This document shows, in pieces, positions 13,668-28,785 of a DNA stretch of 64,000 bases; position 1 is the stretch's first letter; the number at the start of each line of letters is the position of its first letter. The DNA lies in assembly GCF_002113885.1 (NCBI RefSeq), contig NW_018480065.1, forward strand, positions 570,961 through 634,960, written 5' to 3'. The notes under the pieces are model-generated. The model saw only the letters and a list, made by a program, of their open reading frames with translations, searched no databases and was not told where the DNA came from. The position numbers and the translations under genes were made by a program. The stretch comes from Mizuhopecten yessoensis (lineage: Eukaryota).

Positions 13668-13905
13668 AGCCACCGCCGGTATTAACTGTGGTATCCGCAG
13701 CATTTAACATTACCGAGTCCTCCTGTGTTGGTTGGTAGGAGTTCGAATCCGACGTGTGTGTGTTCGTGTCTCTTGTGTCAGATATCTAAATCCGTATTAA
13801 ACGTACGTGTTTTTTCTGTAAAATATTTAACCACCCCAAGCCATTGGTTGATAATCCAGACGGCACAACCTTAGCTTCTTTTAAGGGCAAAACCAAAATA
13901 GCAAA
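13668..13905 (+). mobile_element. Degenerate tRNA-derived SINE
   Basis: B-box GGAGTTCGAATCC near 13738, A-rich tail, and layout similar to the copy at 42545. Confidence 0.4.
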
Positions 13906-15402
13906 CATTAATGATCACAAATGATTCTATTCAATCTGTCTGATTATGAGATAATTGCTTTACCGTCTTTAATGTATTCAATAATAAACAAGAAAAGTTT
14001 TCAGAAAAAGGAAACGTTCTCTGCTTAATTGTCCACATCATTTATGCAAAACTAAGTCAAAACTAAACAATGACACTTATTGAAAATTACTAACAGGAAA
14101 ATTACACAAAAAAAGCATATTGCAAGCACGATTAAGGAATGGCTCGGTGCTAAGCACCAAATATTCAGACATGACAAACAAAAATTGTATATAATCATAT
14201 CGTTAAAATGCATGCTCAATAACAATTGCACATATACTCATACACTATTTTTTTTAATAAAACTTCACCTCTATATATAAATTAAATATTGTAAACGTCA
14301 CAATTTACTACTGAATCCAGAAATGTGTTGACGCTTTCTACCAAACAACAATATGATAGGCATAAGTTTGAGCCAATACTGAGTACTAAAAAAAGTGGAA
14401 AGTTCATGATCGAAAAATTGAAATCGTATTTCTTATCTCGCTGCTTAGTAGGTACAGTACACCCTTATGGTAATATCTTTTAGGAAGAACGAAGTAAGCT
14501 GCTAATGTAAAAGAACAATAGTGCCATTGGTTTCAAGTTTATATGCAATTGACAGAAACAATTTGTTTCTTTTCAGTTAAAAACAGACAACAAATCAGTC
14601 AATGACAGCAGTGTGTTGAACTTAGGTTTTCTTGGTTACTTACTTATAGTTAGCGGCGTTGTCCGTAATGTCTGTTAATGTCTTGATAAAGTTGGGTTAA
14701 GATCAGGATAAACTTATTAACGGTAATTGTAAAAAGGAAAAAAAATACTATTGCAGATTCAGTATTGTAATCTCACTTCCCTGCAAAATTGAATATGTAA
14801 CAGAAGTCGTATATTTTCGAATGTAGCATTGATTGCATTACGTAGAAATAATTACTTCTACCAACATGAAGTAATTGTTGTTATGTATTCTGATAATATA
14901 ACGAAACAAGCGTCAGTTGTCTGGGTTTTTATTTCTACTACGGAGACTAGAGCGAACTGAGACTTGAAATTGATTTAAAGAATTATGGGTTAAAAAGTTT
15001 TTTACCGTTCAATGTGACACACATTTGTGATTCCTGGATAACGCAGGATAGTTAAGTTATGGATATTTTGTAAATATAATCGACTTGTGAATACTTTTCA
15101 TTATCATTTATCTCTCCCGCAACAAATAAAATGATTGAAGTGGATTCGCTGTCCATGTTTTTCAATTAAACTCAATTTTATTGACAATCAAGAAATACTG
15201 AAAAAGTACAAGTTTATCTAAAACACTAATCCTTCATCTCTGAATGACGGATTCATGGTAATTGTCCTTGTCTGTTGTCCAATCTTATTTATATTTTCAT
15301 ATATTTTATTTCCCAGAGCAAATGATTTAACGGTATGAGTGCTGCACAAACTGGGGTATCTCACGTACAGAAATCCGTGAGGCACATGCAGCAACATTTA
15401 GT

Positions 15403-16330
15403 ATATATACTAGGGTAAATTTGAAACGCATATATTTAATGTTTTTTGTTTTATTTATATTTATTTTAGTATAACATTAGAGCATAACAGATATGTATGG
15501 TAATATCAGTTATCGCAATAGTGAGACCCATCCTCAATTCCTTGCCAGTTCAAAACCGCTTGTGTCCGCGTGCGGTAATAGCTGCCAGTAACGTTAACCT
15601 TATACCATAGACCAAATAAACATGTTTATTTACGTAGAGAAAAGGTTACTAAACCCACTACCCAACCCTCTCTCCTCCCTCACCCCACGTCCATAACTGT
15701 TTGGAGCATGTCCAGAGTACCATTTCAGACGGCGTTAACGTCGCTGTGATTTCTACATGTAACAGTTTGGCGTCCATGTTTACTTTTTATGTTCGTTGCA
15801 GTTCAGTCGGCATTTGAAAAACAGTTCCGGAGACGGAAATAACCTTATCTCTGTCTTAATGTCGTTGCGTTACACGCGAACGTCCACACCTGTGGCGGTT
15901 TACTAAGCTGCCCTCACGTCTTAGGCGCATACCTAACTTTGACCTTATCGATTGATGTATACCCCGCGATGTTGTGGCTAGTTTTTCAACAGCTGTGCTG
16001 CAGGCCTTCCTTAATCAACTTTCGAGGTTCCTGTTTTTTAATTCGATTTTGAATCAATTGTTGCAAAATAGTTGTGCACTGATCAGAAGGTTGTTTTAGT
16101 GAGGTGTTGAAGTTCGTTTCACCAAAAAGTGTTTCAGACGATTATTTTCCAACAGTTTTGTGTTAAGCGTACGACAATCTTTTTTTTTATTAAGACTTAC
16201 CCAACCTTTATACCAGTACTTCCTGGACAATACAGAACGTAAGCATACTACCCGATTTCACCATTAATTGTTACAAAAAAAAGAGTTACTGGACCAAAAC
16301 GCATATGCGTTTTTCTCGCTAGTATATATA
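15403..16330. mobile_element. Possible MITE with imperfect terminal inverted repeats in TA context
   Basis: TATATACTAG..AAACGCATAT at the left is mirrored by ATATGCGTTT..CTAGTATATA at the right; the interior is more GC-rich. Confidence 0.3.
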
Positions 16331-19307
16331 TACCGTGTGTAAAAATGAAATATACAGATATAGATTGCAAAATTATAACGGTTTGCTTTAAAAATTTCAC
16401 TCTTATATTCAAGTGGGATTATTTGAGTAACATGGTAAAGTTGTGCACGTCAGTAAATATCTCCGGCGATTTCGACATTTGTAGACTTGCAACCGGGAAA
16501 TTTGAAACTGTTGCCATTGACTAACGTTGCTTGCAGCGGTCCATTTTCGGAATTAGCTTAACTTTCTTTAGTTAACCAGAGTTCCGTCAAAGGGAATTAC
16601 ATTTGTACCTCATACTGTATAAACATTTTAAAGGCAAATTTAAACTTGGATGTTAAGTAACTTCCAATCTCTGCAGATGCTTTCTAAATCCTTTTTTGTT
16701 CAGTTATCCTTCCTTTAATATAGGAGTAACATATGATGGTCTTTCCGAAAACATCTGGCTTTATACAAGAACAATCACTGAGTGAGAGAACGCGAACTTA
16801 AGATTATAAATTGTGTAATTGAATCAAATTATACATTCAGTTAAAATGGCCATCCATCTACTTTTATACCAGAACATTAATTCGTATCTGAACTCATTAA
16901 TATGCAATTAGGACATTACCTGTAGGCAAACGACATACAAATAGTGAATGGGAAACTGATAAAGTAGAATAGGAGTCAAGATTAATCAAAGCAATGGTGT
17001 TGAGGAATTTTTAAAACCCGCTAACTTTCCTTCATACAAATCTTCTGTAAAGCCTCACTAGGAACAAAGTGATGTGAAAGCGATATACCAATGTATAAGG
17101 GAAACAAACCAAACGAAAAAGCTTGAAGAGAGAAAACTGAGAGAGTTGCATTACTTAGCATACTCTCACTATATAGATCTGCATTGCGCAATGAGACAAG
17201 ATCAGTGCAACGCTGACTGAATAACTACTGAGGGACTTTCTATCGATACCGTGGAATATGCGATAAAGATTAATCATGAAACCTATGCATTTTCAAATGT
17301 ATTGTTTGAACATTATAGACATTTGGCTATGTTTTGATAATCGCTTTGAGTAATGTATAGTAGCTAAGATCGTTTAAATGTAAACCGACAGTGACACAAT
17401 ATAGACAGTAAAATAGTGAACGATATTAAAAAGGGATTCATTTACATAAAGTATTAATTGTGCTACTTTGTACCCAAAAAGAGACAAAATATCCCAATGT
17501 ATACGCATCTTTTTATATACATTTATATCTTCATAATTACTCACCCACATGCTATTTCATCCAATACGCGTAAATGCTTTTTCTCTTTTATAAACTATAA
17601 TCACATACTTAAGAAGTATTCTTGATCATATACACTTCGCGCAAATTTGTAGTTAAAGTATGATATAAGTTATCTTTGAAATCAGAAAGAAAATTCTTAC
17701 AACTGAGTGAAGGGAACAGTTAGGTTAATGCTTGAAAAGGCAGATATGCAGAATGCATTCCTTTAAATAATCCACTCGTGTTAGGTATTGTTAATGTTCA
17801 TATTTCGTCAAACTATCTCTCGCTTGAATAATAAACAACTTCCGCTTATATTTTTGGGAAAACGTTTATCTGATAAAACGCAGTTGGTTGTTGCGTACCT
17901 CTCTCAGCCAATCAAAGTTTGCGTTACTTATGCAGTTTGCAACTTTTGAAGCATTCATTATACTAAACATTAAAATATCGAAATGTTGCAAAACCGAAAT
18001 TTGAAATAAGAATCAATAAATCTAGGGCAAAATATGAACATAAGAAAGTTTTTACCATTGAACAAGTACAGCAACAATAAAACAAGTGTTTCAGAAGTTA
18101 AAGCGTCTTTTACTCAAACGCAACCAGTGGTTGAATCTAAAATATTGCACTTCCTCACAGTGACAATTGGTGTAGCGGCAACGAATCACAAATATCACGA
18201 GGATGACGATATAGCATGACCATGGTCATCAACACCCTGCATGTCTCGATTCTTGTCCGATAAACATGTCCGTCTGTTAAAAAGTGCACCTTAAACATAG
18301 TAAAATCGACAAATGCTGAGTAATAAAGCGTTATTATCTGCTGAATATTTTTCTTTTGTTTTCATTCGGTTAAATCGAACAGTTATCACCTCTTTATTTA
18401 GGTATGTTAGTTTTCAGCTGATGCTATATTTCTCTGGCTTTGCGTTCGGAAAATAGTTCTACGGCTGACAAAAACATACGTGTATCATCCTCATGCCAAA
18501 TCTATTAGTTTATAGTACAAAATGTTCTCCGTGTATTGAAATTTAAATTGGGTAAAGTTTTGCAATATGAAATATATGATATCGCGTGTTGTTTTCTAAT
18601 ATAAAATAATCTTTTCGACTAAAACAATGCTCACATGAAGGAATTATGTTGAATTTGAAAAGCATGAAAAAAAATCGAATGGTTGTTACCTTTTTTCCTG
18701 CTAAATTCAAATTACCTTACGTTATGTGTACTAATTTTCTTTAATATATAAAGCTATAAACTTTGAAATTCTAGAGGAAAGCACTCGCGTATGCCACGCT
18801 TCACGCTGTGTATTTTAAAATAATGGACTGTGTATCAAAACACAAACTGATAAACAACGGATATCAAACCACAGGAATATGATTATCATACTTTTTTAAA
18901 ACATTATCTGGCCGAGAAAGTTATTTTTTGATGTATTGGCCTGTTTACGTCACTGAAACTGATTTTTTAAGCATATTGTAACCCTGCAAGTTATCGCGCT
19001 GTGTACATGTTTACTTATTGAGTGAGATCATCTGTAAGTTAGTCATACTAGCAAAACAGTGAACTATCTATTGTATCAGTAATGGTTACGCAAAAATATC
19101 ATAACCATAAGATCACAAAAAGACAACCGGTGCAAAATGTCCATACTGCGGAAAAAATTAAGAGACACCAAGCAAGCATTAACTTTATAGAATCATCGCA
19201 AAACGATATTGATCGATCTTATGAATAAATTAGTATACTTAAAAACACCTTACAGTAACACATGTACATAACAAATGGGTATGCGCCAAGGAAAGGTACT
19301 GAATGGG

Positions 19308-20116
19308 TTTTTTTTTTTATTTTTTTTTTTTTATACAAAAACAACATATATAGAGGTTGTATTTGATAAAAATGATAGAAAGATCATGTAAAGGTACAGA
19401 AGTGTTTTAAAACATGGCATTCCAACCTAGCCAAAGCGGTGTCCTTGTACACACAGTACATTGTAAGATAGGAGACAGTGGATAGAATATCAATATACAG
19501 TTGTCATAGTGACACGTTAATGCAAGGACGTCCATGTTTGTTAGGTGGGCAGTAAATCCCTTCTGGTAAATGTGGCTAAAAGAGGACAAAAGAGAGACAG
19601 AGTCCTTTATTAGATTGCCTTTAAGTACATGCTCTGTCATATTACGAAATGATGGATACTACTTAATTTTTAATTTAATATTAGAACGCACAGGTTTATC
19701 ACGAATTATAACACGTGTAATTGCTCGTATATGATAACTCAAGTCTCCCTGATACGACTTTTGGTTAAAAGTGTGAATACGTTTCTCCATATGTATCTCC
19801 ATTGCGTGACCGCGTCTTTTCAACATTTCAACAATTGTTCAGGTATCGTCTGCTCGATGTGCTAAAACATATAAGAGGTGCTAAGGATGAGATGTTTCTA
19901 ATGTCTTTAGCATCGCAGATATGGGACAAATTCATATACGTGTAGAGGCAAAATGCTGAATAAGCAAACTGCTGATAGGGTTGGCGAAAAAGATGATCTA
20001 GATACAACTTGGTGTATAATTGATTTATGCACAGAGAGAATCAGATAAAGACCGTTAAGCGTGTCTGTTTTGTATGGAAATATCTGACTTTCAATTTTGT
20101 AATATGTAATAGACAT
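19308..20116 (-). mobile_element. Highly decayed Penelope-like retroelement fragment
   Basis: Minus-strand YMNLSHICDAKDIRNISSLAPLIC (19868-19939) and LKRRGH (19806-19823) resemble the PLE thumb motif YL.F.S.HP.H.KRNIP..LARRIC...L..RGY. Poly-A on the minus strand at 19308-19332. Confidence 0.35.
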
Positions 20117-20477
20117 GAGATAGCTGTTAAACAGACATGTTGATATCGTATCCTTTATGTTAGCCTTCGGTCCGATAACAGCTCTCAGGGACTTCGGGTC
20201 TCCTGGCTGATGCCGCGATCCTTAGTCTTATTACGGGTTCGATATGAAAATGGTCTTTTAATAACCTCCATTTATCACATGCAATGGTGTTGGTATGCCT
20301 CCTTTCATTTTGTTTTCAATCTTCAGCCACTTACACTTTTCTAGTTTTTTTCTGTTACATTGTACAACATATCAATCACGTATAACCTAACTATTTAACG
20401 TGCGGTGGTAGCCTACGTTGTATGCAGAATATATGCAACAATAAAAATACGAAATGCTGGTGTTTTCATTAAAAAAT

Positions 20478-20770
20478 ATTTGATGATTGTATGGTATGTT
20501 TGATTGATTGATCCATCGAACGATTGGTTAGTTGACTAGTTTGTTGGATTGGCCGTTTGCTATATTGGTTAGATACCTGGATTGCTGTCGTTCTAAATCG
20601 ATTTGATTGATTGATTGATTTGATCGGTCGAATTTTTAGATTTTTTAGAAAGTTTGATGGAATTATTGATAACGTGCTTAAATTGAAATATATGACGTGG
20701 TTGGTTGGATAGATTGACTTGACAAATCGATAAATTGATTTATTTCATTGATTAATCATTGGTTATCTAT
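20478..20770 (+). repeat. Degenerate (TTGA/TTGG)n microsatellite
   Basis: Scattered TTGATTGA/TTGGTTGG tracts. Confidence 0.6.
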
Positions 20771-22444
20771 TTTCCTTTTATTTATATTATTTTCAATATT
20801 GATGTCCAAACAGAAAGGTAAATAAATAAAAATAGATAGAAAAGGAAATAAGATAAAACACAAATATACATGAGTATACACATGTAGAAACATTCGTTCT
20901 GTCAGAATAGACGAAAGAGGTAAAAGGCCTTATATGAATAATAGAAAAAAATCAATATAGAATGCTTTGTATTTGTATGTACGTTGTAAGAGGATGCATG
21001 CATCAGGTCAATGATTGCGGCTTCGATTTTCTGTGAGTGGACACATACAAGAAATCCACGTCGTCTGCAGCAAAACCCACATAAGTCATATCTTACGATA
21101 AGTCAATGAGAAATAGCAAGCTATTTTTCTTAACAGTACATGTCCGCCGAAAATGTGTTGTAAGATAGTATCACCCTCATTTTCATCATGACTGTACGTG
21201 GCCAAGCTTTATTGGATTGACGAAATGCATTACTTTGAAATAATGAATATAACAATAATAAACCTAAGCTAAAAAAATAAATATAAAATATAATTAACTT
21301 TTTTGTTTATTCAAATGTAATTTATTTTAGGCAGAAAGTGTCCATGAAAGCTAATGGTTTTTCACTTCATTTAGCGAAATGGCTGACATGTTCTTTAACA
21401 GGTCGCTTAAGCCAATCTGCTTGCACACGATTGTCATTTTAAACGGGAATGCCAGACACGCAGAAAGGTGTTATTAGTAAAACGGTAAACATGATGAGAG
21501 TCAGTATAGCGGATAATAGGGTTTGATTGGGAAACAGATGAGCTACTTTGTTGTAAAGTAATTAATAATCAGCAACCCGGGGTGTAAGTTCACACCCCAC
21601 CAGATATAAGTACGCCAGTCCACAAAAACATAAAACGTGCGTTTGAATCTCTGCGGGGAAACTTATTACAGTAGCTGTTCCTCCTGATCACCATCCTTTA
21701 TAACCAGGGTGTGTATACGCGTAGCCCTTGGAGGGCTGTGGAGTGCAAAGTAAATCCAATGCTAAACACGAATACCGCGATGTATTGGTAAAGGTGTGTA
21801 GACAGTACCACGCTGTGCAAGTTTATTATAAGTTGAAATTAATAGATTCTCAATCCATACAAAAACATCATGTGTAAACTACGGCAACACATTGCGAAAG
21901 CCAACACAAACAATGCAAAGTATGCGGCACCACTTTACATCTGAAACACATTGGGTAGGGTCCTTCAACAGACTGAAGTACGCTAGCTGCAAAATTGGCG
22001 TGTTACATTCGAAGAGCGAAGATGCGTACATGAAAATTAACCAAAGAATATTTATTTATTTTAAATTGATATCGAATTTCACATTTATCATTTTCGAATT
22101 TTCCATGGTATTATTTTTTTTCAAAATAAGAGTCTATTTGTGTTTGAAATCATGTTTGATGAAACATAAGTATGAACCTTGGGTTGACAATTCCNAACGT
22201 TGGCACGATAGAATTGTTAACTGAGTCACCGCTATTTAATCAGCGAGTTGACCTTTCAATAATACGTCATTCCAGTTATTGTTCCAGGGTATGTTACACA
22301 TGTGATACAATGTAGTAAACAACTTATACCGGCGGATAGAACAGGAAGGGAATATCTCAAACAAAGACTGCAATTAATGATATACAGGTGTATGACGCAA
22401 AACCTCTCCTAATATTATTTGTATAAAGTTTAAAAAGAGAATGT

Positions 22445-22995
22445 CTAATTATTTCCGGTTGAATTTTATTAATATAATACTAGTGTGCAAAATACTTTAA
22501 TATTTTACAAGTGAGCCAGCACGTGTGAAAATATTGATGCATTCTGCCAAACGATTGAATTTTAAATGACATTCAAAGGGAAATCATAATTTAGCACGCT
22601 AGAATGAAGAAACTGTTACTATAACAAACAGTGGGAGCAAATCAATCATCTTAATCCCTTCAATTGTGTGATGGGTTTTTAATTGATGACGTTTGACTTT
22701 TAAAACGTCACATTCTAGAACACAGCCAAAACGCACTTTTTAAACTTTATACATATAGTTGTTTATGTTATATATTTTTTGTATATTCATTAGTTGAATG
22801 TCAGAACATGTTATTTTTGACCGGTAACAATACATTGCAATATATTATTTTCTTCGTGACATATAACATATAAAAGCAACATTTTCGAACCATTTTCATC
22901 ATTGACAATGGTGTGATTACAAAATGTACTATCGTTAAGGACGTACGAGCTATTATATATTTCATCAATGTGGGTCCATACTGTAAAAAACACAA
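22445..22995. mobile_element. Old hairpin-ended element remnant
   Basis: Degenerate fold-back at about 22480-22560 (GCAAAATACTTTAATATTTTACAAGTGA-GCCA-GCACGTGTGAAAATATTGATGCATTCTGC) with a GNNA-type loop. Right boundary is approximate. Confidence 0.4.
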
Positions 22996-25654
22996 TAAAA
23001 AGGAGAGAAAATACCGAAGTTTCACCTAAAACGTAATTCAATCTAAAAGAATATAAAGCAAATTCAAACAGTGAACAAAGATCGATAACCGTGAAGATCC
23101 CTGAAATACAAAAAATAATTGAGTTCAAACTAGGCCTTCCTGAAGGGTAAGCGGTTACTGCTTCTTTGACGACACTTGTTTAGCAAAAGTCTGCAACGCC
23201 ACAGAATGAGCATTCTATGCAAGAAGACACATTGAAATAAAATGCCCCATTGATTGATGACTGAGACCATACAATATGTCTATAACCTTCATTCAACTAC
23301 ATCTTCATTTTACATCCAAATCAGTCTTAAACAGTTGCAGAACTACACATTTTTTAGATCTGAATAAAATCCCATGCGATTATTTGTTTTTGTGAGCGTT
23401 GATTGTGTTCAGGGTTTTCTTCATCGCTCCATTTAAGATCATGTGAGGACGGATTCAACTGAAGATGGGGTCTTTGTAATATGACAACGCACTTGTATTT
23501 CATGTCACTTTTCATGGAGACGATTATGGAGACAGAGACTATAATGAGCACCTAAAAAAGCTGGAGAAACCAGGTGTTTCAATTGATCAACATGGGTATA
23601 CAATAGAAATCGGCACATAGGTTGGAAGTCAGCATGTCAGTAATTTTGTTGGTATCCCTTAATATGTACGACAGGGATAGGTTTAAATACACAGTTGTAA
23701 TGTATCATTCTGATGTACATGTATCTTCAAACGTGACGTCAGCAACTTGTCCTAATGCAACGGTTTCGCTGCAATTTTTTTTTTATCGGGATTTTTTTTT
23801 TTTTTGTTGCTTTTGCACTATTTAATGAATTTAAAGAAAAGTGCATGAGTACTATGTTTAAGAAGAAACATTTATATCAATTTACATCTTTATTATGTTA
23901 AAGTGAAATATAAAACTCAGATTCGAAAACTGTGCATCCTGCCGACGTCACTTTTTTACTTAAAGTTCATCCTAGTGATGCAATGTAAATTCAACAAAAA
24001 TACAACCAAGAGAGTAAGTTTCATCTTAATTAAACCAAGAGGAACTAAGTATTGCAGGCTTTAAGGCCCGCACAAATAACGTTGAGAATCATGGTATTAC
24101 TCATTGATTCGAAATCCAATCGACAGATCAGTTTCTGCTCTTAAAGCTACCGCGAGCATCCACAAAGCTCTCTTCGCTCCGTATTTATTTGACCGACATT
24201 GCACTCATACTTTTGGAGAAGAGTTTGAATACAATTTTACGATTTTCATTTGATCAAGAGCACTACTTTGTTTCAACGGAAATATGTCTTTTACGAGTTT
24301 CCGTTCTTAGGAAAACGGACATACTGTAATAGAACAATGAAACTTGGTTAGGAGAGAAAAGACAATCGTATTATCTCCCATGAGGCAAAAGTGAGTGCCA
24401 CTGGTGATTAAGATCAGTCATTCGCTACCGTAAACTGCTCTTATTCTTCTTAAACTTGAAATTCGTTAGGATTAACGGGAACATGAAAGGATTGCTCCAC
24501 AGAACCTCGTGGTTTTGCGTGACTGTTTAATCAGATCATATCCACAGACAGCTTCACGATATTACTGTAACGCATCGTTCTGAACGAAGGCATTGCATTA
24601 AATATACAGTCTTGCTTGTTGTTAAATGTGGATTGTTTCTGATTTACTACTCAGTTGTTAAGATTATGGGTATGCCGTCCCCTTAACTGTACATTCTGCT
24701 GCTAAACGAAAGACGTAAATGTGTGTTACAACATTGTGCTTAGGTAAGATTATCTAGTCAAAATGAGCTTTTTGCGTTATTTGCTTTATGAACATATATG
24801 GGACACTTTCCGGTCTGAATGTTTACGTAGTTATTGTTTTATGCTTCGGTGCGTGTACATGACGACAGCTATAGAAAACTATAAATGATCGAAGCGCTGC
24901 TAATATTATTTCATTAAATATTCAAAAGCGATGAAAATAAGAAAAAACAGCGTTGTACACTGTGAATTATCTAAGTTTACCCAGGTATCGAAGAGATTCA
25001 CTGTTAATCTAGCAACCATAGCTACCATATTTACCATTGTAGCAAACCACTTCGATTGTTATTTTGTTTTTCTTTGTATTATTTGAACATTTGTTTATAA
25101 TGTTAATATAAGGATATCCTTTCATTTTGACGGCGTATACGGTTGTGTACATCGATACATCGGTAAACTTAGAAAAGGCGCATTATACGAAATTTGTTTT
25201 CTTCTTTTCCTCTCAATTAAATATTTAATTAAGTAATATTAGCAGTACTTCGAACATTTTTATTTATAACGGTCGTTATGTTCACGTATTGAAATATGTA
25301 TCAAGCCGCCGAGGCTTTTTCTATTCCATAAACGCTAATTTATACGCAGCCAGTGGTTACTAAGTTGAAGAAGGGAGAGATGTAAATATAGGGTGTTTGA
25401 TTTTTTTCTAACCCATGGATAAAAAATGAAACAAGGAGGCAACTAATCGGAATGTCTCATCGGCGAGCTCATCATATAGTTACCGCGTGTATTTACAACG
25501 GTGTCAAATAGATCCTAACATATTGAAACAATTTCGATGACAAACGGAAAAATGCTAAACCGTTCGTGGTTTTTTGTCATTTAATCATTTTTTTAAATAT
25601 TGAGAATGCATCCCTAACTATTTATATCTAAGCAAAGTCTCTTTCCTCTGAAAA

Positions 25655-25960
25655 AGGGCCCCAGTATTAACAACTTCCCAATAGCATTGGACATAGTTCT
25701 TTGCCATTGGACGGATCCCAAATCACTGGAAAAAAGACCGCGTCATCAGATAATGTTTCTTTCATTGGACAAGGCCCATTATTATTAGCTAAGGATTTTT
25801 ACCTTTAGAAAGTCCCCGATTACCCTAAACATAGTCTCCCACGTAACACATGATCCCCCACTCTTTGACATGGTCCGCTATCATTATGAAGGTTCTTTAA
25901 CTATAGAATATGTCCCTTATCGTAAGACAATATCCCTAACACATGAAAAGATGTTCTGCC
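25655..25960 (+). repeat. Highly degenerate ~20-bp minisatellite (CATTGGACATGGTCCCTTAT-like)
   Basis: Recurrent CATTGGAC / GACATGGTCC / GTCCCTTATC at about 20-bp period. Confidence 0.5.
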
Positions 25961-26654
25961 TTTACGCAAGGTCATCCAATCCCCGATGAATTGTGAACCA
26001 GATTTCATCAGCCTTGAGGATCAGTTCCTTAGACAGTGTTTGAAACAGTACTGATAGGCGCGTAATTTCGACTCCCGTCGTCGGCGACAAATTTTTCCAG
26101 ACCACTAGCAAGGGCTTAAATTGAATAGATACAAAATGTATGTTTCTTTTTCTGTCGGAGAAGCCATGAATGAAACCATCGTGTCGGAGCCAAACTTGAG
26201 AGATAATGGAGAGTAGTTGGAGAACAACGTTTTTAGAGTCGAAATTCTACTTAAAAAATAAAGTAGGGACGTTTTTGGAAATGAAATATCTTCTATCTTT
26301 TTTTTTCAGTTTCCTTAATCCAATGTTCTCCCATTGGAAAATGTCCACTACTTAAGAACTATGTGCCATTACCACTAACCTTTGTCTCCTTCAATTTCCG
26401 CAATAACCATTTTGCATGGTGTAGCACTGAACGTCACTTGTATATTTCGTGACCTGTCTAGCTTCTTAGGGTTGTGTACTTTCAACGGCTAATCATGCTA
26501 ACAGGCCAGCCGCCGATCTTCTAACCAATCTATTTGAATCTATTTAGAACATACAGTGTATTCTTACAACAACGACATGTCAATATCGAGTGTACGGAAC
26601 CGAATGTTTATGAAGTTCAATCGAGTGACGTTAAGTCTGTTTTCCTGGGCTGGA

Positions 26655-26860
26655 ATGGAATACGTCTCCAGTCTGGCAGATGTCTTCCTCCCGTACACTG
26701 TATGGGTCACCTGCATGACCACGTATGGCTTGCTCCGATCACTCCAGTTTCCTCCCACATTAAGACCCCCAGCACGCTTACATCAGGGCCAACGAGAGTG
26801 ATTAATATAAATTAAAATAGCATGTTCCATAATTGTTGTTAAATAAATAAAGTTTATATT
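26655..26860 (+). mobile_element. V-domain tRNA-SINE copy
   Basis: CTCCAGTTTCCTCCCACA V-domain motif. The 3' part (GAGTGATT..ATAA..AATTGT..AAATAAAGTTTATA) is shared with the copies at 38626 and 39761. Confidence 0.7.
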
Positions 26861-28668
26861 TTAATGTGCATAATCAAAAAGATCGATGTTCATATTGTTC
26901 AATGATAGAACATTTTAAAGTGAGATCATAATTGCCACCATAAAACTTGCCAACTCTTCATCAAGCTGCGTCTCTCGGAATCTTGGGTTGCACGTTTGTC
27001 CGTCTGTATTCGGTATCTATCAAGGGAATCAGAATATTTAAGGCAAGCTAATGAATATCAAAGCAACTGCATCAAGAAAACGTCGTAGGTAGAGAAAATA
27101 TGAATGTTAATAACAGGAATAGAAAAGAGCACTGTCGGAAAATCGACATTGTCATGTATACCATGTAGGTACAATTACGCACAAGTAGTTAGCTATCGGT
27201 GAGGTTCATGCTATGAGTTAAGATAGAGGTAAACGGCTGATGTAAAAGTCCCTGTGGAGTCCATTATTTCAGGTTTATTGGGGTAAATTTATCTTTTACT
27301 GACGCGGTCGATACGATTTTTATTGTATTCAAAGTCAACACATCATTGTCATATCTGATAGTGAAATTGATTTATTGTCATATGGTACTGCAATTATACT
27401 TTGAAATGTTAGGAGAAATGTTCAACTCCCGATTTCGAAACAATTTATTTTCGTTAGTGCTGTTTTATTCGCAGCAATTTACGTCAAATTTACAATATCT
27501 TGACGAGGAATCTATATCATTACGAAGATACACGTGTCCAACCTCTTTTCGTGGTAATTGCTAGTATTGGGCAATTTTTCACGTCAAAGGGAAACTAGGT
27601 CACCCTGTAAAAACGGTAAGTTAGTCTTTTTTGTCTATTTGCAAGATGCGTTTAAAACTTGATATAATATAATTATTTTGACATAATGGCAGATATTTTT
27701 CAGCAACCCTTTACAAATAATTATTAACCGCTAGAGGACGAAATATATCGTTCGTAGAATTACATTGTACGTCAACGCATCATTGGAAAGCATGTTTTTA
27801 TTAGTAGGCGCACACACAATATTACAGCACTACTTATTGTCCTGTGTATCGAGTCTGGCTGACGAATAGAACAGTATAGATCTTTGGTCCCTTCTCTGTT
27901 TGAAACAAATGTTCATTATATTTAATACCGCTGATCAAACTGACAGTTTCGGGTATCTTGTAAGTATATGTCTCTCTCCGACACTGACACTTATCTTAAA
28001 AATAGCCTAGAATTATACATGCACATGCAAATTAACTTATTAAGTCTTTGTAATAAGAAATTATCGCATGCTATCCGCACTTAACATATTTGTTTCTACT
28101 TAATGACAATGCTAAACAGAATGAAAATGAAATATTTCAGAGCCCACACAGGCAATGTAATAGTCAATTTGTAATTATTTAAAAAAATAAAACGTGGAAA
28201 GACTTTTGACTTGTGACTTTATTCTTGTGTGTTTCCAGAAATTGCATATTTTGATAGCATAACTTCTGTGTTATACAATGAATGTGTCCACATAATATCG
28301 TATCATGTACTTTTTGATTCAGACATCACCATAGACGGTTTTTCAATCATGTCAGCAGTTATGACGTCATCTCAATGGCACGACAAAAACGCTTTAGTTT
28401 TCAAAATATTATCATAAATAAACTATTGTACAGGTAATAAACAAGCTTTAAGTTCACTTCTCATTTCAAATATCCAGTATAAACAGATATATATAGATGT
28501 TAATCCATGTGTGATTTTTTGTCAGTGACCATGTTCTAGAATAAATTGTTGCAGAAGATACGGACGACATTTTTCTTATGGATCATATAGGGTTGAAGTT
28601 TTTTTTATCAAGGGATAAGTACTTTTTCATTTTAAAAGTATCAACGTCATCGTACTAGACAAAACATT

Positions 28669-28785
28669 GAAGTGCACTCTAGTTCACTTCAGTGTTAACT
28701 CCAATGCACAATGATGTGAACTTCAGTGCACTAGCTAGTGAACTAGAGTTGACTTGACTTTTCTTGTTACTCCAGTCCACTAAGC
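28669..28785. repeat. Short degenerate 10-bp repeat (AGTGCACTCT/AGTTCACTTC) with partial fold-back
   Basis: CTCTAGTTCACT ... AGTGAACTAGAG inverted pair plus 10-bp periodicity. Confidence 0.5.

Noticed and set aside
14280-14700. Possible LINE 3' zinc-knuckle remnant on minus strand
   Set aside because: Only a CFC...LFFY-like fragment; too weak to support.
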